The notes beneath the pieces are model-generated. The model did not search any database. It had not been told where the DNA came from and worked only from the letters and a program-made list of their open reading frames with translations. A DNA stretch of 63,956 nucleotides, filler included, from Saprolegnia diclina VS20 (lineage: Eukaryota): assembly GCF_000281045.1 (NCBI RefSeq). It is 10 parts of 3 records of this genome, joined end to end, with 100 filler letters (N's around TTAATTAATTAA, not from the genome) between each part and the next. Parts side by side here need not be neighbours in the genome. Positions count along the whole stretch, not along the records: positions 55,166 to 59,949 come from NW_008246100.1; positions 60,050 to 61,126 come from NW_008246100.1; positions 61,227 to 62,824 come from NW_008246100.1; positions 62,925 to 63,956 come from NW_008246102.1; 6 more parts are not named here. One strand, 5' to 3'. Shown in pieces: positions 57,717-63,956 of the stretch. Each line of letters begins with the position of its first letter. The first letter of the stretch is position 1. A program made the position numbers and the translations under genes.

Positions 57717-58555
57717 AGCGCGGTGCGATGTCGTGTCAAGCCTTTCTGCTCCTAGTTTGCCGGGCCACCTTGATGATCTTGGAGCGTCCAAGCCAAACAC
57801 AGTAACAATGAATCAACCAGAGATCAAGGCCGCACTTGGCGTATGGGTATGCGTCGCAATTATTACAAAGCCAGGCGGCTAACCCTCTCAGCAGACACAA
57901 ACACTGATCTCGCGTGAGAAGTATGACCAAGGACGTCAACGTTGTCCTGTCCCATCGAGCGCGGCGAACGAGTTATCCCGACGCTCAAGACGGTGGTGAA
58001 AGCAAGATGGGTGTGACTCGAATGGGGCAGGTTCTCGAGAGCTGCTTACTCGTAGGAACCAGCACACGTGCGTAGTAATCGTGCTTGACAGATGCGTCGT
58101 GGCTTTGCGACTCTCGGCCATTGATTCTGACGCAAGCTTGGCGGTTGCAAAAGGCCGACGGAGCGGAAGCATCGTACCACAGCGTTCAGTGGCTGTTTTT
58201 TAGGGAGGTTTGCTCTATGGCTACTGCCTTCTTGCTTGCCCGTCGCGAGACACCATCTTGGAATCCAAGATCAGAAGCGGAGTGGCACTAGCGATTGCAC
58301 TGGACGACGATGTTCCTATACCAAATTACGGTACGAGAGGACACCACTCAAAATGATAAGTCGAATTCCTTCTCGACCAATTCTTTCGGCATCGACTTCT
58401 GGGCTCATGGGCGGAATTGACGACCCAAAGCAACGAGTATGTTGCGATCCCACACACCCTTCGCTCTGGATACCATTTGCACCAATCACCAGCGCTGGCG
58501 GGGCATCGTCGTGTTTGATTGGTCACCTGGCAAGCGTCACACCCGCCTGTAGGGT
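56488..58555. repeat. 43-bp diverged inverted repeat (56488-56530 and 58513-58555)
   Basis: 38/43 identical by manual alignment (ACCCTACAGGCGGG..TGACGCT.GCC.GGTG.CCAATCAAAC). Confidence 0.75.
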
Positions 58556-58986
58556 TGGGGAACCGAGCAGGACATGCAATCGAGTTGAAGGTGCAGCGTG
58601 GTCAAGAACGCGACGCGAATGGCAGCCGCTTCGGGACGTAAGGCTCGGGCGTTGCGAGCGAGTCAGACGGTGTGAAGCACCGCGCGTCGCCGATAGCGTT
58701 GGCCCGACCACAGCAGTCCAACAAGAGCGCAAACAGCGTCGAGGGCGAGCGCATCAACGAGCGGCCGAGAGATGAACCAGACCGCGTTGACAAATTTGCA
58801 GCGGAGCAAAAGACATCTTGGGAGTGCCACAGACGCGGTAGCCTTGGCGTCGTTGGCCAGCGAGTATAGAGCCGAATGCAAACCTAGAGCGTTTTCTGTA
58901 CCGGTTGCTGGAATCAAATCCAGCGCGCAAATGCGAGCCGACCGTCCTTTGAACCAGGCGCGCAATAATTGCCGTACAATTGCAGT

Positions 58987-59276
58987 CCTGCACCGCGACC
59001 TCCAGTCGCTGACGCCGCCTCAGTCGCTGGCGATTGCCGAGGACCTTGAAAAACTGCGTAGCTTTGCCGCGATGCCTGGAAAGATTTTACCGACCGTGTC
59101 GTCCAGTGCCTCACCCGCGGCCACAAGCGTCGTAGGGCGACGACAGAAGAGCCAGACGAGCCGCCGCCTGCGCAGCCACGGACCGGCGAGCGAATGAAGA
59201 AGAAGGAGATTGCTAGTCTCTACGTATGCGAAGTCTTTGTGTAATTATGAAGATAACGCGAAACACGTTCATATAT
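58987..59276 (+). repeat. TA-tailed dispersed repeat, copy D, with candidate 9-bp TSD
   Basis: AATTGCAGT at 58978-58986 and 59277-59285. Confidence 0.75.
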
Positions 59277-59731
59277 AATTGCAGTGCCGTATCAGTATGC
59301 TATGCTCGCTCGGTCCTTCGCAACGGCCACACTCATGTCATGCCACTTGACTGCAATTGGGTCGCAAATCGATGCGTCTCGTCAGCACAGTCGCCCGCGT
59401 TCGCTTGCCATGCGGCCAAAAGCTGCAGCACTTCTAGTTGCAGCCACCCGATAGGGTTTCCACTGTCGTTGTGATTGGTCACCGAATAAAATATATTCTC
59501 TGTGTCGCCCATAATTTTATGGTATTATACCAGTTGCTCTATACCAGGAGCACAGCATATGTTGTACAACTTTAAAAATACGGCCGTACCAGCACCGATC
59601 TTCTGCCGTCACCTCACCCGACGTACATATTAAAGTACGTTGGCTCCACCCAGCCTTTCAAATATTATTTTAAAGTCTGGGTGGTGCCAACGGACTGCAC
59701 GCCCACCAAACATTTGCAGAAAACTAACACC

Positions 59732-60584
59732 ATGGACATGCCTCACCTCTTGTCGCCCACCGACAATGCCACCGAAACTCTACTGCGGTCCGGTGCCTGG
59801 ACACGCCAAGAGGACGTCTACATGGCGAGCCTCTTGCGTGCGTTTTGCCTCGGCGCACTACCGGCTGTGTCCGACGGCACCCAACTGCGCGGCTTCCTCG
59901 CATCGGAGCTCGGCTGCAACCCGATGCGCGTCTCCAAGAAGCTCGGCCTNNNNNNNNNNNNNNNNNNNNNNNNNNNNNNNNNNNNNNNNNNNNTTAATTA
60001 ATTAANNNNNNNNNNNNNNNNNNNNNNNNNNNNNNNNNNNNNNNNNNNNTGCCTCTGTGGTGTAAGCCCAATACAACTGCCTGCTTCACGGGAGACGGCT
60101 CTCCCCTCGCTGTTGTTTGTGTCTGCACCGCGGGCGCTATCACACTGTGAAGAGCGTCCAAACGACTCTTCTTCACTTGAACGAGCTCCGCCGCTCGTTC
60201 TTGGAGACGGCGGCGTCGCTCAGCGTCACGTCGCGGCCACAGCGCAGACGGTCGTTTGCGCAAGCGCCCAACGGCCGCCACTGGCGCTACGACGAAGAGC
60301 TCTACGCGTTCAAGCTCGTGGAGGCGTTCATGTGCGGGTACTTGCATCTCCGTGACGGGTCGAAGCTGCGCGGGTTCGTTACCGGTGAGCTTGGCTGCTG
60401 TCCGATGCGCGTCTCCAAGAAGCTGGGCACGGGCAGGCTCTGTGGTCGGCTTTTGCCCCGACGCCTCGGACGGGTCGTGTACACGGAGCCTCGGCAGTCG
60501 TCGATCGAGTCGGATCAGTTGGCGCATGCGGCGCGAGAGGAGCTTCGTCGATTGCGGGATTTGTATTTGCGGTCAAGCGACTAG
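59732..60584 (+). CDS. Protein with two copies of a W..(E/D)E..Y...L...F..G.L....G..LR.F....LGC.PMRVSKKL domain, split by an assembly pad
   Basis: Domain at 59790-59949 and 60281-60430; resembles an uncharacterised stramenopile putative DNA-binding family (from recall). Confidence 0.7.
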
Positions 60585-60835
60585 CTGGAGAACTTGTACA
60601 TTCAGTTGAACGACCCTAACCTCCATGATGAATTCGAGTATAATCTCGACATGCTCAGTCCAATTACCTCTAAGAACACGTGAGAGGGTCGCAAGTGGCT
60701 GTACAAGGCGTGGTAGTCCTGTGGATTAAATTATACCGGTACTGGTATGTACTACCTGAGTATGAACTGCAACTTTACCCCACGTCGCACCCGTCATCAC
60801 CTCGCCTCTGACGAGGTGTTGGCCTCTCCACAATC

Positions 60836-61126
60836 CGGCTCGAAAAGTGGAGCCTGAGCCGTTGGCTTTTGGAGCCAGCTCGAGCCGAGCCGCTTGAGCC
60901 GTGGAGCCGATGGGGCTCGCAAACAGGAAGGATTCGTATTCAGAGTCTCAAACCTTGTATTCGTACAACTGTAGTCAACTTCGGAATGTACTACTAGTAT
61001 AGTGTAGCTAGCGATCGATCTCGTTGTTGTCGCACTAGAAGAATTTATGCAATAATGGTGGTTGGCCGATGATAAATGACTGCAGCCACGGCTTCTTTGG
61101 CTCGAGCGGTCCGGCTCGGCTCGAAG
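60836..61126. mobile_element. Probable MITE or non-autonomous DNA transposon with GAGCC subterminal arrays
   Basis: GAGCC cluster on the left, GGCTC cluster on the right; TCGAGCCGAGCCG at 60880-60892 is inverted at 61112-61124; AT-rich interior. Confidence 0.5.
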
Positions 61127-61226
61127 NNNNNNNNNNNNNNNNNNNNNNNNNNNNNNNNNNNNNNNNNNNNTTAATTAATTAANNNNNNNNNNNNNNNNNN
61201 NNNNNNNNNNNNNNNNNNNNNNNNNN

Positions 61227-62461
61227 GTGCAAACTGGTGGCGTATGTGTTGTCAGTGGCACGAGTGACGGGAGCTCATCTTGGAGCAAAAAGTCGCCAAT
61301 ACGCTTCGCCGACACCTTGGCCTCGGCGACCGAGACGACGGCATTTGCAAACACCGTGCACGGGTGGCGCGCGTTGTTGATATAGGCAAGCGCCACGAAC
61401 GCTTTTGCCGCATCCAGCGTGTCGCCTTGGGCCACGTAGATGCCAAGACAGAGCGCGAGCGATAAGATGGGCGCGACGGAGAGTACGACCATGTTGAGGA
61501 TGCGGCGGTTCTGGTACGTCTGCAAGTACGTCAGCTCCAACGTGCGCGTGCGGGTGATCTCGTCCTCGAGATGGCGCTCCCAGTTGTTGAGTTTGAGCGC
61601 GCGGGCACCGGCCAGCGCCTCGTTGGTGAGCTTGAGACGCTGTGCTTGCGTTGAGAGGAGGCGCGCGCGGACATGACCGACCGACGTCGCCGACGCGTAC
61701 CCGAGGTAGAGCATGCCAAACATCGCGACGCCGCCGGCGAGGGCTGGCCACGCACCAAGCTCGATACCGAGCAGCACAAAGATGCAGACGAGCGCCGTTG
61801 GCACGGTCAGCGTCCACGCGACAAAAAGGTACCCGAGGTAGAGGCGCTCGGCGTCGACGGACGCGAGCGTGACGACGTCGCCCGACGAAGCAACCCGCGC
61901 TGATGATTGTGCGAGGCTGTGTGTAAAGATGGCGTCCATTCCGATCGACCGCGCGTTCGCACCAATCGACGTCATCCACGACTGACCATAGTCGATCGCG
62001 GTGACCGAGAGAAGCGTCACGAGTGTGAGCAGGACGGCGAGCACGTAGCCCGACGCAATACCAACGACCGACGACTCGCCCGTGAGGACTTGTAGAATCG
62101 ACTTGATTAGGATCGGCTGCAGCAACGAGAGAAACGTCGAGGCAAAGTAGAGACTTACGGCCGAGATGGACTCCCAGCGCAGCGTGCGCAAGAGCGCTCG
62201 GCCAAAGGACGGCTGTAGCGTTTGGCGCTCGGCGCGCCACTGCTGTTGGAAGCGGGCAGCAAGCGCTGCGGCCGAGTCGGCGCGTCGAACAGACCACACG
62301 TCGTCTTCTTGGAGCGGCGTCTTGGCGCCGCGGCGCAACAGCTGGCTCAGCCACGACAGCGTCACGTGGGCTGGCCACGACGCCGTCTCGGACGGGTGCA
62401 GCGTCGGCGCATCCGCGCTGAGCACGACCGGCGACTTGACTTCGTGATACGATGGGCGCAT
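61227..62461 (-). CDS. ABC transporter C family (MRP), N-terminal lasso and TMD1; rest lies beyond the pad
   Basis: SW...LLRRG...PLQEDDVW, PSFGRALLRT, GDVVTLASVDAERL, RLKLTNEAL.G.R.LKLNNWE, EAKVSAKRI.DFLLQDE. Confidence 0.92.
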
Positions 62462-62924
62462 GACGGCGAGAATGCAAATCTGGTGTCGCGTCGTGTCTAG
62501 CGATCTCAAACCGTTGGTCGCATCTGGGCATGCCGACAACAGCTGGTTGTGATTGGTCCTCTCACTTGAGGTTTGTATACCCGTGCATGTCACGAGGAGA
62601 GCCGGAGGAAACGGCGAAACCGCCGCGTGCATCTGAGTCCACGTGCGACGGACCACGGCTTTGCACGGAGAAGATCGATAGCACCGTGTACCAATGGCGG
62701 CGCCTTCGTAATAGTACACGATCGGTGCCAACACCAGCTATCGAGATGCTACGTCTCAAGACACCGGTGACAATAGCTCCAGCCATGATTCGGCACTGCT
62801 CAATGCGGCATTAGCGGCGCATCGNNNNNNNNNNNNNNNNNNNNNNNNNNNNNNNNNNNNNNNNNNNNTTAATTAATTAANNNNNNNNNNNNNNNNNNNN
62901 NNNNNNNNNNNNNNNNNNNNNNNN

Positions 62925-63380
62925 GACGCCGTCTTGTCGGACCGCATGCGGACGTACCTCGCGGGCATTTTCCTCGATATTCCCGAGCGGACGCTGGTTC
63001 GCGGGCTGGAAGATGCGACCGCGGCCGCACAAGCGTTGCGTCCATCGACGCCGTGCGCGCCACGGGTCTTTGACGGCGCATCGTGGGCGGAGCTCAGCGA
63101 TCCAATCCCGGCCGCCACCCAGAACGCTCTGATGGGCTCGTATGTGGCGACGATTTCGACCGAGTATTATCGCAACGCGACCATCTCGCGCGGCGAGAGC
63201 GGTGATCTCGTGCTGCAATACGGTGCCTACACGGCGCCGGTGTATTTTGCACGCAACTCGACGACGACGTTGCTTTGGGCGACGGATGCCATCTCCATCG
63301 GCGGTCCGACGTTTGGTGTCGAGGGGCTCAACACGTCGTCGCCAACGATTCTTGTGGACGTCCCGTTCACCAAGGTCTAG
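62925..63380 (+). CDS. C-terminal fragment, possibly of a beta-lactamase-like serine hydrolase (DUF3471-like tail)
   Basis: LMGSYVA...EYY.NATI.....DLVLQYG pattern; the catalytic region is not visible. Confidence 0.45.
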   Translation, partial: DAVLSDRMRTYLAGIFLDIPERTLVRGLEDATAAAQALRPSTPCAPRVFDGASWAELSDPIPAATQNALMGSYVATISTEYYRNATISRGESGDLVLQYGAYTAPVYFARNSTTTLLWATDAISIGGPTFGVEGLNTSSPTILVDVPFTKV

Positions 63381-63499
63381 GCGACTCGATGATATAGCTC
63401 CAATAGGAAGCATATTCAAGATAATAAAGTCCTTTGGCTATCCATCCATTCATCCATCCATCATAGTCACATTGATATCAAATTAGCAAACACCAACTT

Positions 63500-63580
63500 C
63501 AAGACTTTGCATGCGTAGTGCCTCGACGCGTGTGAGTCGGCACTTGGTCGTTGGCGTGAGCTGCGTACAGAGAGATTTAT
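63500..63580 (-). repeat. Diverged dispersed repeat, copy E (A type)
   Basis: GCACTTGGTCGTTGG..GTGAGCTGCGTAC.GAGAGAT and AAGACTT.GCAT.CGTAG match 14002-14089. Confidence 0.65.
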
Positions 63581-63694
63581 CGCGTGGTGGACACACTAGA
63601 AGAGTGATATGCACACTAGGTACACCGACATAGAGCGTAATCTCACAAACAAAATTTGATGCAAAATATGTCGTTCAACATCCCATGTGCATCA

Positions 63695-63956
63695 TTACGA
63701 CGCGATCGTTGTCGTGCCAACAACAACTGCCGTCGCACCGGTCTTGGACACGTTGTTGCTGGTCGCCGACTTGAGGTAGCAGACGCCTTCAAACAAGACG
63801 TACGCACCGCAGGCCATGTTCTTCTTGCACGCCTCGCAGCACTGACCGAGCATACTGTTGTAGTCGCCTGTCGCTTGCAAGGTAGCAATGTCGTTGCCGA
63901 CAAAGTCCGTGTTGTACAACGGCGGGTTGACGCACGTCCGAACAATCACCACCGTC
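63695..63956 (-). CDS. C-terminal PAN/apple domain (CBEL-like), 5' part outside the window
   Basis: NTDFVGNDI...CCEAC.....CGAYV....CYLKS. Confidence 0.85.
   Translation of the reverse strand, partial: TVVIVRTCVNPPLYNTDFVGNDIATLQATGDYNSMLGQCCEACKKNMACGAYVLFEGVCYLKSATSNNVSKTGATAVVVGTTTIAS

Noticed and set aside
3843..62880. TTAATTAATTAA palindrome repeated nine times
   Set aside because: Always centred in fixed-length N blocks; an assembly linker, not biology.
1..63956. tRNA, rRNA, telomere repeats, RXLR or Crinkler LFLAK effectors
   Set aside because: None recognised by eye; tRNAscan-SE, Infernal and HMM searches would be needed to exclude them.

Overview
Draft-assembly window from a GC-rich eukaryote with short (~40-55 nt) introns. 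Gene content points to an oomycete, most likely Saprolegniales (Saprolegnia-like); this is inference. Nine artificial N-TTAATTAATTAA-N pads and several N gaps split it into contigs, and some allelic contigs appear interleaved. Recognisable genes: LST8, centrin, an HSL-family esterase, a C2-kinase, a WW-ankyrin protein, nucleoredoxin, RAD51C, a secreted C45 peptidase, TPP2, an ABCC transporter N-terminus, a PAN/apple domain and four copies of expanded ankyrin-like families. Mobile DNA: a Gypsy/chromovirus 3' end with LTR and PPT, two L1/Tx1-like LINE fragments (one with a 14-bp TSD), a TA-tailed dispersed repeat family and a probable MITE. Best leads: (1) a spliced BAR-MOB1 fusion gene hidden from the ORF track; (2) a recurrent promoter palindrome TATCCGGATA and inverted CCAAT pairs; (3) the TA-tailed repeat family; (4) several truncated copies of genes whose parent lies in the same window; (5) an unknown duplicated domain with a conserved intron. 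All exon models were built by hand and need RNA confirmation.
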